Assembly (NCBI GenBank): GCA_964016885.1
Contig: OZ024745.1
Coordinates: 128,588,001-128,652,000, forward strand
Length of the DNA stretch: 64,000 nt
Direction of reading: 5' to 3'
DNA from: Eledone cirrhosa
Taxonomy: Eukaryota
Part shown: in pieces, positions 1 through 13,638 of the stretch
Layout of the letters: each line of letters opens with the position of its first letter
How positions within the stretch are numbered: the stretch's first letter is position 1
Made by a program: the position numbers and the translations under genes
The notes under the pieces: generated by a model
The model's database searches: none
The model's input: only the letters and a program-made list of their open reading frames with translations
Told to the model about the DNA's origin: nothing

Positions 1-13
1 TTACATTACTCTA

Positions 14-268
14 CTAGAAAAAGAACCTGTCATTGTCGGACACACCTTTCGCCACCGTAAATAAAGACCCCACTCTCTCCTCAACATGGCTGTCTTTAAA
101 TAGCCCTAGAATTCTGCTATTTTAGAGAAGAGCAAGATTTAAACTACATGTTGACATGCTCCGGGAGCTAAATAACCTACATATCAAATTTGAACAAAAT
201 CGGATGGAAACTGGAAATCCATCGCCTGTAGACAGACAGACAGACATTTTCGTTTTTATATGTATAGA
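14..268 (-). mobile_element. Short non-autonomous Helitron-like element
   Basis: On the minus strand it starts a|TCTATACATATAAAA followed by (TGTC)n and ends with an imperfect subterminal hairpin and ...tttttCTAG|t. This gives 5'-TC and CTAG-3' termini between A and T with no TSD. Confidence 0.6.
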
Positions 269-629
269 TTACTCATTCACGTGTTCCATCCGGCAGGCTA
301 AGGCCATGCTAGGTACCGCCATTATAAGTACATATATATTTAGAGTGTGTGTATAGATGTAAATGTATGTATTATGTATATTTTATGTGTGTGAATGTCG
401 TGAAATCTTCTGGTGATGGATGACTGAATTTGATAAATTCAATATGGCGAGACTGTTTACAAACATCCAAACTTCAAACATAGTCCATAATCTCGATCAA
501 GCCATGATACCGATTCCTCTGACAGCAAAGCTGACTGAGATGGTGAGGATGGAGAGAGAAAGAAGACTTAGGTTGAACAAGGATGAGAACTTTTAATTTC
601 ACCAGACTCTCAGGAAGACTTGAACTTTC

Positions 630-670
630 AACACTGCAAGCTAAAGAAACACTTCCATATTTATACAAAA
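630..670 (-). promoter_or_regulatory. Candidate TATA + initiator core promoter
   Basis: Minus-strand TATAAAT (665-659) lies 30 nt upstream of the A in gcAgt (635), within non-repetitive sequence at 400-780. Motif spacing is the only evidence. Confidence 0.25.
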
Positions 671-784
671 TACTCCGTTTGCTTACAGCCCGGTGGATTA
701 GACCACATTCATGAGGTTTGGCAATGACCACACCACGGCATTGTTTCTGATAGCAGCCTAGCATATCATTATTTCTTTCACTAA

Positions 785-1214
785 TAATGGGTTCTGATAT
801 AGGCATAAGGCCTGGGGAAAGAAAAGTCGATTAAATCGAACCCCAGTACATTACTAGTACTTTATTTTATCGACCCCGTAAGGATGAAAAGCAAAGCTAA
901 CCGCGGCAGGATTTGAACTCAGAACGTAAAGATCTGTAATTATGCCGCAAAGCATATTGTCCAACGCTCTACCGACTCTGCCAATCCACCGCCCTATTTG
1001 TTCCCCCTAATAATGATAACAATAATAATAATTGTTTCTACTTTTAGCACAAAGCCAGCAATTACCCAGTACTGGTACTTTATTTTATCGACCCCGTAAG
1101 GATGAAAGGCAAAGTTAACCTCGACGGGATTTGAACTCAGATCATAAAGGGCCGTAACTCTTTGCTGCAAAACATGGCGTCCGAGCCTCTACCGATACTG
1201 CCAATTCACCGCCC
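785..1214 (-). mobile_element. Tandem pair of tRNA-derived SINE family A
   Basis: Each copy reads gggcggtg(a/g)attggcag..tcggtagag (A-box-like), gagttcaaatcc (B-box), ctttcatccttacggggtcgataaaataaagtac, with an (ATT)n-type tail. Many other copies occur in the window. Confidence 0.8.
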
Positions 1215-1544
1215 TTAACAATAATAATAATGGCTTTGTTTTTTTACATTGGCCAAGCCTATACATAGAGGAGAAGTTTAAGTCAATTCAATTATTCCAG
1301 ATTATATAGCTCGTATATCAGTTTACCGAACATTGCATGGATGAAATGTAAAATTGAGATCAATAGAATTTGAACTTAGTATAGGAAAGTATGTTTAGCA
1401 TTCAGTTATTACTTCTACACACGTTATATATATATATATAAATAAAAGGATCGATCGACTTTCACCAAAGCGGACCGAAGAAACAATGTTTCCGTTGGTC
1501 TTTCTAATTGCTAATACTATCTATCGGTCGCAACTCCAGGTAGA

Positions 1545-1662
1545 AGGAACAATGTGAAATAACGTGTCTTGCTCAAGGACATAACGCATCGCCTGGTCCA
1601 GGAATCGAACTGACAACCTCAAAATTGTGAATCCAATTCTCTAACCACTCAGCCACACGCCT
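1545..1662 (-). mobile_element. SINE family B (CORE-like), 5' part
   Basis: tggctgagtggttagag (A-box), gttcgattcc (B-box), ccttgagcaagacac. Confidence 0.7.
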
Positions 1663-1664
1663 TC

Positions 1665-1915
1665 ACACACACTCACACATATATATATATATATGTATGT
1701 ATGTATATATATATATATATATACACATATATACATATATATATACACATATATATATATATACACATATATATATATACACACATATATATATATATAT
1801 ACACACATATATATATATATATACACACATATATATATATATACACACATATATATATATATACACACATATATATATATATACACACATATATATATAT
1901 ATATACACACATATA

Positions 1916-1947
<32 letters not shown>

Positions 1948-2084
1948 CACACATATATATATATATATATATACACATATATATATACATATATATATAT
2001 ACATATATACACATATATATATACATATATACACATATATATATACATATATATATATATACATATATACACATATATATATAC

Positions 2085-2117
<33 letters not shown>

Positions 2118-2260
2118 CATATATATACATATATATATATATACATATATATACATATATATATATATACATATATATACATATATACACATATATATAT
2201 ACATATATATATACATATATATATATACATATATATACATATATACACATATATATATAC

Positions 2261-2293
<33 letters not shown>

Positions 2294-2350
2294 CATATAT
2301 ACACATATATATATACATATATATATATACATATATACACATATATATAC

Positions 2351-2384
<34 letters not shown>

Positions 2385-2408
2385 ACATATATACACATAT
2401 ATATATAC

Positions 2409-2441
<33 letters not shown>

Positions 2442-2518
2442 CATATATACACATATATATATACATATATATATATACATATATACACATATATATACAT
2501 ATATATATATATATATAC

Positions 2519-2549
<31 letters not shown>

Positions 2550-2594
2550 CATATATATATACATATATATATACATATATACATATATATATAC

Positions 2595-2625
<31 letters not shown>

Positions 2626-2626
2626 C

Positions 2627-2659
<33 letters not shown>

Positions 2660-2679
2660 CATATAATATATATATATAC

Positions 2680-2714
<35 letters not shown>

Positions 2715-2715
2715 C

Positions 2716-2799
<84 letters not shown>

Positions 2800-2897
2800 A
2801 TACATATACATATATATATACATATACATATATATATACATATACATATATATATACATATACATATATATATACATATACATATATACATATACAT

Positions 2898-2932
<35 letters not shown>

Positions 2933-2990
2933 TATATACATATATATATACATATATATATATATACATATATACACACACACACACACA
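1665..2990. repeat. Compound (TA)n/(TACA)/(TACACA) microsatellite, ~1.3 kb
   Basis: Directly visible; produces six spurious Y/I-rich ORFs. Confidence 0.98.
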
Positions 2991-3972
2991 ATTAGTACAA
3001 ATTAAAAGTTTAAGCAATAAATTACTGCTTTCACCCTAAATAGAATCTTCGGAAACTTTTAGTCTGTACTAACAATAAATATTTGCTCTACGGGTTCATA
3101 TATACTTTATTTATATATATATATATAATCCTTATCGAGTCCTCTATGGATTTTGGTCTTTGTAATTAAATATATATATACAGAAAGAAAGAGAAATGGA
3201 AGAAAAATGAAAATGTGAAAGGTATAGAAGAAACGAAATTGTTCCCAAAGTACGAAAGTGTTTAGGTCGTGGTTCCACAGTAAGAATTGGCGTTTAGTTA
3301 AATGTTCCACTGGTGAAAGAGAAAAAAAAAAGCCCAGTCCAGTCGAGTCCATTAGAGGCAACAATTTTGAGAAGGTCTCTGTCTGCCTAACAAAGTAGGG
3401 AATAAATACACTACTCTACCCCTTAAATACACAACAAAGCAGCTTCAGCAATGAATTTGAACTCAATCATGTCTGTTCTGTCATTATGGACTCTCTAAAG
3501 GAAATATGAAATAAAAATTAAATCTAAAGAGGAATTGTGGGGAGGGAACAACCAATTTATAATGAAGATGATATTTCTTTATATTGACAGAATACACCAA
3601 ATTCATAAAGTTGAGATGCAATTTTTTTTAGTCAACTCTTCACCCTCCAGCACATGAATAGTACTCATCCTAGAAGGATATATATATATATAATATATAA
3701 GTAGTTCCACAACAGTTAGTTCACCATTACCAAGAACAATTGTTTCAACAGAGTGCTCTACTACTATATAATCCACCAGTGTTCTACCATTATATATATA
3801 TATATATGTACATATATAATAAATGGTTCAGTGAGGAGGGTACCAAAATAAGCACTCTATGCTAAGGCAGAGTATATATTTTGAAAACAAAGCTTGGTTT
3901 CAGATTAAGATCTTTATTGATTATACACATTGTGTGTAATCAATAAAGAACTTAATGTGAAACCTAGCTTTG

Positions 3973-4004
<32 letters not shown>

Positions 4005-4008
<4 letters not shown>

Positions 4009-4230
4009 TCCACGCTGTAATGTGGCCGTATAGGCAACACGGTAAAAACCTCCCAGCCCCACACTGTAAATGTGGTTGGTGTTAGGAAGGGCATCCAACT
4101 GTAGAAAACCTGCCAGACAGTCCTATGCGAGCAAGACAATCACTCTTGCCTCAAGTGGAAAAACCCCCGTCCAAACCCATGCAAGCGTGGAACACGGACG
4201 TTAAACGTTGATGATGATGATGATGATGAT
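4005..4230 (+). mobile_element. RTE LINE (family B) 3' tail fragment
   Basis: ggttggtgttaggaagggcatcc...catgcaagcgtggaacacggacgttaaac(GAT)n; matches 14350-14560. Confidence 0.75.
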
Positions 4231-4531
4231 ACACACATATATATATATATAGAGAGAGAGAGTGACTGCTTATTTAGAAGTTTCACCTATACTCACTATT
4301 TAACACTGTTTTGTAAAGCCAGTATTGGCGAGACTTTGAAGCAATCACTATTAATGATAAATATTGTTTTTATTCTATTATCAGTATCGAGTCATTTAAT
4401 CAATGTATGTTTAGTGTAGACAGTGTAGACTACATTACAAGCATCTATACACAAACACTCATAGGTAGTTTAGTTAAGTAAGACAACCAGTAGAGAAAGA
4501 GGGAGTAAGAATAAAGTGGATATATTTTTAA

Positions 4532-4730
4532 CCCTTTAGCATTTACATTACTTTATATTTACTATTATATTTTCATGGTAAGGGCTTTATCTAACATATT
4601 ATCGAATCTATGAGATTTTGATAGAATTCATTTCGAGAACAATACCTTAACATCAGTAAGAGTAGCAGGATATAGCTGGTTTGAACAGAAAGAGGTGAGT
4701 GAATTCTGGCTGGATACAGCCGGTTTAAAA
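4532..4730 (+). mobile_element. piggyBac-type MITE family 1, right end replaced by a tandem array
   Basis: TTAA|CCCTTTAGCATTTAC start and internal sequence match the complete copies; the right TIR is missing. Confidence 0.75.
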
Positions 4731-5203
4731 TCAAATCTAGATCAGTGAATTCTGGCTGGATACAGCCGGTCTAAGATCAAATCTAGATGAGTGGATTCTG
4801 GCTGGATACAGCCGGTTTAAAATCAAATCTAGATGAGTGAATTCTGGCTGGATACAGCCGGTCTAAAATCAAATCTAGATGAGTGAATTCTGGCTGGATA
4901 CAGCCGGTTTAAAATCAAATCTAGATGAGTGAATTCTGGCTGGATACAGCCGGTTTAAGATCAAATCTAGATGAGTGGATTCTGGCTGGATACAGCCGGT
5001 TTAAAATCAAATCTAGATGAGTAAATTCTGGCTGGATACAGCCGGTTTAAAATCAAATCTAGATGAGTGGATTCTGGCTGGATACAGCCGGTTTAAGATC
5101 AAATCTAGATGAGTGGATTCTGGCTGGATACAGCCGGTTTAAAATCAAATCTAGATGAGTGGATTCTGGCTGGATACAGCCGGTCTAAAATCAAATCTAG
5201 ATG
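4697..5203. repeat. Minisatellite, 11 x 46 bp
   Basis: Unit gagtgaattctggctggatacagccggtttaaaatcaaatctagat; period measured from gaattc at 4701 and 4747. Confidence 0.95.
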
Positions 5204-5339
5204 TTCAAATCTCAACAGAGTCTTCTACTGGGCCTTACACCATGGATAAAATAGAAGTACTAGTCAAGTACTGAGGGATTTATGTAATTAAAATTCTTCT
5301 CTTTACTATGTTCTCAAATTCTTGGCATTCAAAGTTAGA

Positions 5340-5985
5340 ATCACTATAATTACTATTATCATTATAATTTTTATTTTTATCATTTGGCACTGGTTTCAAT
5401 TTAATTTACTAAACCCTCCACTAAGATTTCTGGCCTTGTACTTTTGTTATAAACAAGTCCTCCTCATCATATGGGGGACGGTGGAATACCAGAATCATTA
5501 GAGTTCCAGACAAAATGACTTGATGCATTTGTTGCAATTCTTTATATTTTAAGATCAAATCCTGCCATGGTCAACTCTGCCTTCCATCGTCCAGGAGTCA
5601 ATGAAATAAAGCACCAGTCATATACCAACACTGGTATAACACACTGGTGCCTTCACATGCAAACATTTCTGGCCTTGTGTCTTTGTAAAAAATTATTATC
5701 ATTATTATTATTATTACAGTAATGCACTGAGGTTGATTTACTTAACTTCCCCTCCCCCAAATTCCTGGCCTTCTGCCTAATATAGAAACGATTATAATTT
5801 ATTAGTATTATAATTAGTTATGGCCCTTTACATTCTGAGTTCAAATCCTGCCGAGGTTAGCTTTGCCTTTCATCCTTACGAGGTCGATAAAATAAAGTAC
5901 CAGTAATACAATGGAACCAATATAACCAGCCCCCCCCCCCTCCCTCAAATTACTGGCCTTGTGCATAAAGTAGAAACAATTATCA
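5340..5985 (+). mobile_element. Cluster of degenerate or partial SINE family A copies
   Basis: Repeated ctggccttgtg tails, a B-box gagttcaaatcc and ctttcatccttacgaggtcgataaaataaagtaccag at ~5835-5905. Confidence 0.7.
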
Positions 5986-6206
5986 TATTCAAGTTATAGA
6001 TTTGTTTTCTATATATTTTAAAGCTCTATTACCTCAAACAGGTGTTTTGTTTGATTATTTTTTCTATGATGTCTTGAATTAGTCTTTGTTTGGTTTTTTC
6101 ATATATATTTATTTTCCCTACCTTTTCATCATGGGCTGTAACACAAAACTGATTTAGCTCCAAAGTTCCAAAGTAATGGACAAAACTTTAAAAAACCCAC
6201 ATACAT

Positions 6207-6248
<42 letters not shown>

Positions 6249-7119
6249 ATCATTGGACATTTTTGCTTGTTACCTTCAAGACAAATGAGAAAGACTTCTT
6301 CAACACGGAATTCAATGGTAATGATGATAAAGAGGAGGGGGAAGAGGAGGAAAAAGGAAAAAAAAAAAGAAGTTTGCTATAAAAGAAAAATTAATAAATA
6401 AATAAAACTTGCTGCATAAGCCATAACAACAACAACAACAACAGCACTTCATTCATTAACTTTCTTCATTTCTATACAAAGATGATGATGATGTTGATGA
6501 CGATAATGATGACAGTGATGACAGTGGTTGCAAAATTTATGTTAAAGAGCCTCTCACGTCAGTCCTGATTAGGAACACCTACTACGATACCAAAGGTGCA
6601 TTCCAGCTGTGACCATCCTGTATTTGTTCAGACAGATGCCAGTCCTGATCCAATAGAACTAAGATCATTTGTTCCAGCCATGACCATCCTGTCTTTCAAT
6701 TCAAACAGTGTATGTAAGGACTGCATTATACAATGTGTTCTTTCTTTTGGTTCTGGGTTGTTTGCTTTTTTTTTAAAGAAGGTAGGGTGTGATTTGAATG
6801 AGATTTTGGCTGCTTTTTCTAGCAAGTTGATTGACTGTGTAGAGGTTCCCTCGTTGTCACATTAATGATGTTAATGAAATAACAGAAGTAATGGAAGGAA
6901 TATGATGGCAGAGAGAGAGAGAGAGCAAGGAAGAAAGAGTGAGAGGAAGATACCTAGACATTCTGAGATGAGGTTTTTAAATAAAAACAATAAAAATAAA
7001 AATAAACAGAAACAAAATAAAAATAAATCCAATATACAAAGAAGTGAGTTTCTTCTTTTTCTTCTTCATCATCTTCTTCTTCTCAAAATAAGAATTTAAA
7101 ATAAAAACAAAATGAAACG

Positions 7120-7414
7120 TGTATTGAGAGTGAGAGAGAGAGAGTGTGAGAGTGAGAGTGAGAGTGAGAGAGAGAGAGAGAGAGAGAAGGGGTTAGTGGC
7201 AGGAACTGGACCGGAGCTAGGACACAGCAGAGTTGTCGACCAGTCAATTTATTTTACATATTGGAGAGAATGAGAGAATGAAAGAGAAAGAATGAGAGAT
7301 AGAGAGAATGAGAGATAGAGAGAATGAGAGAGAGAGAGAATGAAAGAGGGAGAATGAAAGAGAGAGAATGAGAGAGGGAGAATGAGAGAAAGAGAATGAA
7401 AGAGAAAGAGAATT

Positions 7415-7446
<32 letters not shown>

Positions 7447-7562
7447 GAGATAGTGAAAGAGAGAGAGAGTATGAGAGAGTGAAAGAGAGAGAGAGAATGA
7501 GAGTGAAAGAGAGAGAGAGAATGAGAGAGTGAAAGAGAGAGAGAATGAGAGAGAATGAGAGT

Positions 7563-7599
<37 letters not shown>

Positions 7600-7610
7600 A
7601 AGGTGAAAGA
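7120..7610. repeat. (GA)n/(GAGAAT)n purine-rich tract
   Basis: Directly visible; probably within or just downstream of the receptor 3' UTR. Confidence 0.9.
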
Positions 7611-7697
7611 GACCTGCTGTAGTTTTCTAATATTTATTGTTTGTTTATGTGAAGAAATAATTATAATTAAGTTCATCTCAGATTTTGTATATGTTTA

Positions 7698-7728
<31 letters not shown>

Positions 7729-8893
7729 TCCATCAGGTTGTTGCTGCTGCTGCTTCTGCTTTTTAAAAATCCTTTTTTTTTTCTTCTCTTTTTTGTGTGG
7801 CAGAATGGGGATGGAAACCCAAATTTATAATAAAAAGTTTCATTCATGTTATGTAATTTTTTTCTCTTCCGTTTATTACTACATTACCCACCCCCTACCC
7901 CCTGTATGTCCTTCCCCACATATGCATATACATTCACGCACATGCTCGCATACATACATACAAACATACATACAAACATACATGCATACATACACAGATG
8001 ATGTATATGGGGCATGGTGGTGGTGGTAGTAGTAGTAGTAGTAGTGGTGGTGGTGGTAGTGGTGGTGGTGGATGGCGATGTTTTGGGCGGGTGGGTGGCT
8101 GGGTACAAATCTGCCCCTTTTAGCATCCTTTGGGAAAGAAACAGAAAGTGCTCTTTTTCCCCCCCACTCCCCGAGAAAACAAAATTTAAAGAAGAAAAAA
8201 AAAAGAAAGAAAGTTTCAAGAATTGATTGAGAATTTCCACTGTTCCAAGAAGTGGCTTTATGTTTGCTGCCATACAAAAAAAACCCTAAACAAACATAAT
8301 AATCTTTACACACACACACTCTCATTTATCTAGATATGTATGCATATACATACATATATATTCATACAAATATATATATATATATACATATATAATTATA
8401 TATATATATATAATCATTTATATATATATATAATCATTTATATATATAAATATAATCATATATATATATACACACATATATACAAACTCACACACATTTA
8501 TCTATATGTATGCATATACATACATACATATACACACATACAAATATATATAATTATATATATATATATATATACACATACACACACACATGCGCGCATA
8601 CACATACATGATAAAAACATAATAATGATATAAAATATTAATATTAATAATAATAGTAATAATAATTATAATAATTATTATAGTAATAATAATAATAATG
8701 ATGATGATAAAAATAAGAAGAAAAAAAGTAGGGCTGGAAATAGAACAGAGAAACGAGAGAAAAGAAAAACTAAGATGGGGAGAAGAGAAAAATAAGAGAG
8801 AGGAACAGAAAAAAAAAAGATCAGAAACTGGACAAAAAGGGGGGGAGTGAGTGAGTGTGAGAGAGATTTAAAAAAAAAAAAAGCCAAAATATA

Positions 8894-9677
8894 CTATTTA
8901 TTGTTTGTCTTGGGCAAATTCAGGTCCAGAACTTCCTTCATGAGAGGTTGAATACCTTCAGGGTTAACCTTCAGTAGAACTTGTGAATGCTCCTCATTCA
9001 GATTCCGGATTTCCACAAGTTTCATGAGCAGTTTAGGATACATAACATGAGCTAAATGATAAGGGAATTTAGACTCCAGATAATGTTGCAAAAGTAGCGC
9101 ATATTTGTCCTGTTCTCGCCAAACATAACTTTTATCTATGACATTTGGCCGATCTGGAGAGAACAAAGAAATTACAAGCAAAATAATCAAAACTGTCTCA
9201 TCGGCTCTTAAATCAACAGCTAAAGACTTCACAAATTTCATGTGATCATCAAAAAGCGTTCCTTCCCCAAGTTTCAGTTGTTCTGTTGTCATGGCATTGG
9301 AATCCTTATCATAAGGATCCAAAAACTGCTGTTTGTCCCTGTCAAAGTTAATCACTGATCGTATAATAAGCAGTTCGATGCTGCCACCTTTGAGAAGACT
9401 AATTTGGTCGCTCTGTGAGAGGGCTTTGAAAGATTTTATTTTCTTAGCCATGTCAATCACTCGTCTCACACTGAGCTCAGCAATGTTGACCAGGTCGATT
9501 ACTGACGGGTTGTTCCGAGAGTAGGACGATTCCACAGATATTTCTAAAGACTGTCGATAAGCTCCAATCACTTCACTGATCATAGAATGTTCATCTGATT
9601 CTAACATTCGAAGGCGGTTTTGCGTCGTGCTCACATCTCCAGACTGCATTTTCTGTTTTTCAATTTCACGTATTTTC
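8894..9677 (-). CDS. HR96: NR1J/HR96-like receptor, last coding exon (hinge plus entire ligand-binding domain)
   Basis: Acceptor ctctttcag precedes 9677. AG+G completes Arg, then KIREIEKQK runs in frame into the 251-aa ORF (VIDMAKKIKSFKALSQSDQISLLKGGSIELL...LFSPDRPNV...PLMKEVLD). Stop TAG at 8896-8894. Confidence 0.93.
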
Positions 9678-12600
9678 CTGAAAGAGCCACGAGGGAAAAA
9701 AAATGAGAAAAAAATTTTAGAAAAAGATATGACATTTGTTAAATAGAAACCATATAATGTAAAATAAGAAAAGAAAAAAAAAACATTATAAATAACTATA
9801 TCATTTCACTTTTAAATAGAAAAGATGGACATAGAAGTTTGAGATTTCTGTGCCATTAAATTCATTTACATATCTGTCAATTACTTTTCTGGCTTATGGT
9901 TGTCTATCAAATCTAATGATAAACATCTTTTCCATCAATTGTGGATCTTTTGATGAGTGGCTATACTACACACCATAACCTTTTCAATACCAATCTACCT
10001 GAAACCACCTCAGGTTCTGCGATAAAACAGTCCATTTTACGGTGTTTATATCTGAATAACCTTCCATTATAACTTTATGTAAGGACTTTGTTGTCATGCT
10101 CATAACACCAATTATTTTACTAAATGCCATCAAAATCTTAATTATTTTCAAAATTAATTGAAACCCATTCAATGTATTTCTTGAGAAATATTGCCAAGAA
10201 ATAGTTAAAAAGTAGCAACAATGAAGAAAGAAGCTGAATAGATGACTGGAGAACTGGAACTGCTACCACCTATGCTACACTTATAGTGTGCCCTCACAAT
10301 ATTTTGTCACAGATGTAGATGAGACCCTGACCACTGAGAGCCAAGTTTCATGTCACAGTAGAAGGTATGTATGTATGTGTGAGTAGATAAATATTTAGTG
10401 CATAGATGCAGCATGGTCAACTGTTTAAGTTGCAATCATTAGGTTCTGTGTTTGATTCCACTGCACGGCATCTTGGGTAAATATCATTTATCATAGGTTG
10501 ACCCATGACTTGTGAGTGAAACTAAATAGAAGCATGTCAGATGGATTGTACCTGTCATTCAAAAGGCCAGACTTGTTACACACCGTTCTGGTAGATCTTC
10601 CTGAGAATTATATTAAGAATACACGCATCTGTAGAATGCTCAGCCACTAACACATTAATTTCATGTGCAGGCTATTCCGTTGATCGAACAAGTGGAACAC
10701 CCACTGTCAAAACTAATAGAAGTTCATTCCTCTTTATATTTAGTGCAGTATTACTTGCAATGAACCTTTTGCTTCCAGTTCACTGCCACTGGCTTGTCCA
10801 TGTAGTGAAGTAACCAGCAACCTATTATAGCAGCCTTCCTTAACAGTAGACAATACTTCAATTACTATATTTCCTCATTGAAACACAGATGGTGATGATC
10901 AACGAATATAATATCAGGATGGTTCTACAACAGCTCATTTATGAGGAATAATGATCTCTCTAGATATTCACCAAATGAACCTCCATCATCTCATCTATGA
11001 CAACTAATAAATTCCCTAAATGTACCCCAGTTGATCCTGCATCATCTCATCTATGACCTTGCTAAATGTACACCAGATGATCCAGCATCATCTCATCTAT
11101 GACCCCAGATGACCCTGCACCATCCCATCTATGACAACTAAGGACCTCTCTAGATATACACCAGATTATCCTGCATCATTTCATCTATGACCTCTCTAGA
11201 TGTACACCAGATGATCCTGCATCATTTCATCTATGACCTCTCTAGATGTGCACCAGAAGACCCTGCACCATCCCATCTATGACAACTAAGGACCTCTCTA
11301 GATATACACCAGATGACCCTGCACCATCCCATCTATGTGAATTAATGACCTCTCTAGATGTACACCAGATGATCCTGTATCATCTCATCTATGACAACTA
11401 AGGACCTCTCTAGATGTACCCCAGATGATCCAGCATCATTTCATCTATGAGAAGCAATAACCTCCCTAGATGTGCACCAGATAATCCTGCATCATCCCAT
11501 CTATGACTTTGCTAGATGTGCACCAGATGATCGTGCACCCTCCCATCTATGTGAATTAATAACCTCTCTAGATGTACACCAGCACACACATCTTTTTTTT
11601 GTCTTTCTCTGCAATGAAGTATCTTCCACTGGCAACAGCGTACAGCAATATTTTCACTGAGTGATATACATGAGATATCCATATTATTGCCTGCCCTTCT
11701 TCACACATCAACAGATGTCCTCAATAGACAACTGTTGCCTCCTCATTTCCCTTACTTGTACTCTGCTTTACATTAAAATTAACAATGGCAATACACTCAA
11801 AATATATCATAAACAAATAGAAAATATGAACAATGAGGATATAATTACTCCACAATAACTTAAGTACTCTGACTAACAAGTTTACTTTCTGCCTGATCAG
11901 GATTGACTTGGGGCTAAATTATAGTTACTACAGGAATATAAAGTTTTAACTGGTCTGTTGTTCTCCAGTAGCAGGCCATCATATAAAAATAGGCTTAGAG
12001 GTCAGTTTGATACCCATAATTTCTAGAGGAAATCAGCTGTTTACATCTGGAGTTCAAGATTCATATTTGGATATATATATACACACATATATCATTTAAT
12101 GTCCATTTTCCATGGGTAGGACGGGTTGTCCCACAGTGAAAGATCCAGGTCGGAGGACTATTTTATCAGACCCGATCCGATCAGGTCCGACCCAGTCTGG
12201 ACTGATCTGGCCCAATCCAATCCAATCCGATCCTGTCCAATTCAATCTGGTTTGATCCAGTTTGATTTGATCCAGTCTAATTCAATCTGGCCTGCTCTGG
12301 CCTGATTCAATCCAATGTTTTGTTTAGTGAATAAATAGAAGTACTTCCTGCAGATATCACCAGGAACAGTAAAACATTTGTAAGCCAACATACAAAAATA
12401 TGAGACATCAATTAGAAGGAAAATGTTATTTAGGATAGTGAGAAATAATTTGCTAAAGTATCTGTCTTTGTATTAGTTTATAACCAAGTAGGACTAATTG
12501 TTATTGACAGCTGAATTGTCTTTTATCAGAAATATATAAGACAGTGGAGACAACTAGATATTAGCTGTCAAGTCTTTGGCTTGGATATTTAGATTGATGG

Positions 12601-13454
12601 GCCTCAGATGTCTGAAGATAATGGGAGAATGAACACCTGAAAAATTACCTAATCCATTACCTAGTTTAACACCAACATTTGGGCCCTTGAGTTCCTTTTT
12701 TGGGGGAGTATATTCTATAGCAAGCAATGGGAAATGGTCTCTAATCTGAAGATAACTTAATATCTTGATTCTCTCCTTTCTATTGCAGTAACTAATGAGT
12801 CACCTGACTAAGTCTTAGAATCTCTGCAAAGGTCATAGATGCTGACCTTTTTGCTAACTCAGCTATATATATATATATATATATATATACATAGATATAT
12901 TGTTTAATTTATCTCTACTTCAGTGTTAAAATGATGATGATGATTATGGTGATATTGTAGTAGGTATGAACCATGTGTGGACAATACTAAGGACGTACGT
13001 ACCTATTTTCCTCAATTCTTTGTCTTTTCCGCATTTTTTCTTCTTCTGTAAGAATATATTCTTTTCTCATTCCTATTTCAAAACATTTTCGTAGCCGGCA
13101 TTTTTTACAAAATCGCCGATTGGACACATCCATTTTACATTTTTCTTCATACGGGCATTTGAAATAATCCTGGAGAAAATAACATTATTTGTAAATATAT
13201 ATATATATATAAGTCAGGAAAATGCTGGGATCATTATGACTAAAGGTCTGCTAGATCAGAGCTGACCTGGAGTCTCACAACAACAACAACAACAACAACA
13301 GTACAACACTAATATGTAAACAATTCAAGAAGTATATTCTTTCCCCTAGATTCAGCCATACTGCTGAGTTATACAATGTAACATGCCAAAATGCTCAATT
13401 TATTTAGCATTTAAGGTCAATTAATTTATTGGAACTCTCATTTTGTATTTGTTT

Positions 13455-13503
<49 letters not shown>

Positions 13504-13605
13504 GTGCATGTATGTATGTATATCTATATATATGTATGTAGAGGTTCTCCTACATGGATATAAAGTAGTGGCCATACTCGAAAACGAGTTGGCAGCCACC
13601 ATGTA

Positions 13606-13638
<33 letters not shown>

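Noticed and set aside
474-806. 110-aa minus-strand ORF and a 50-aa plus-strand ORF at ~444-596
   Set aside because: No recognisable domain; the minus ORF starts inside a SINE tail.
1641-3039. Six 320-460 aa ORFs rich in Y/I/C/V/H/T
   Set aside because: Translations of a (TA)/(TACA) microsatellite that lacks stop codons; no domain content.
4697-5203. CRISPR-like regular array with hairpin units
   Set aside because: No unique spacers, eukaryotic context, no cas genes; the unit derives from a MITE.
12090-12135. Short LINE-tail fragment inverted relative to 14495-14550 across exon 2 (possible circRNA driver)
   Set aside because: Only ~45 bp and degenerate, too weak to support a claim.
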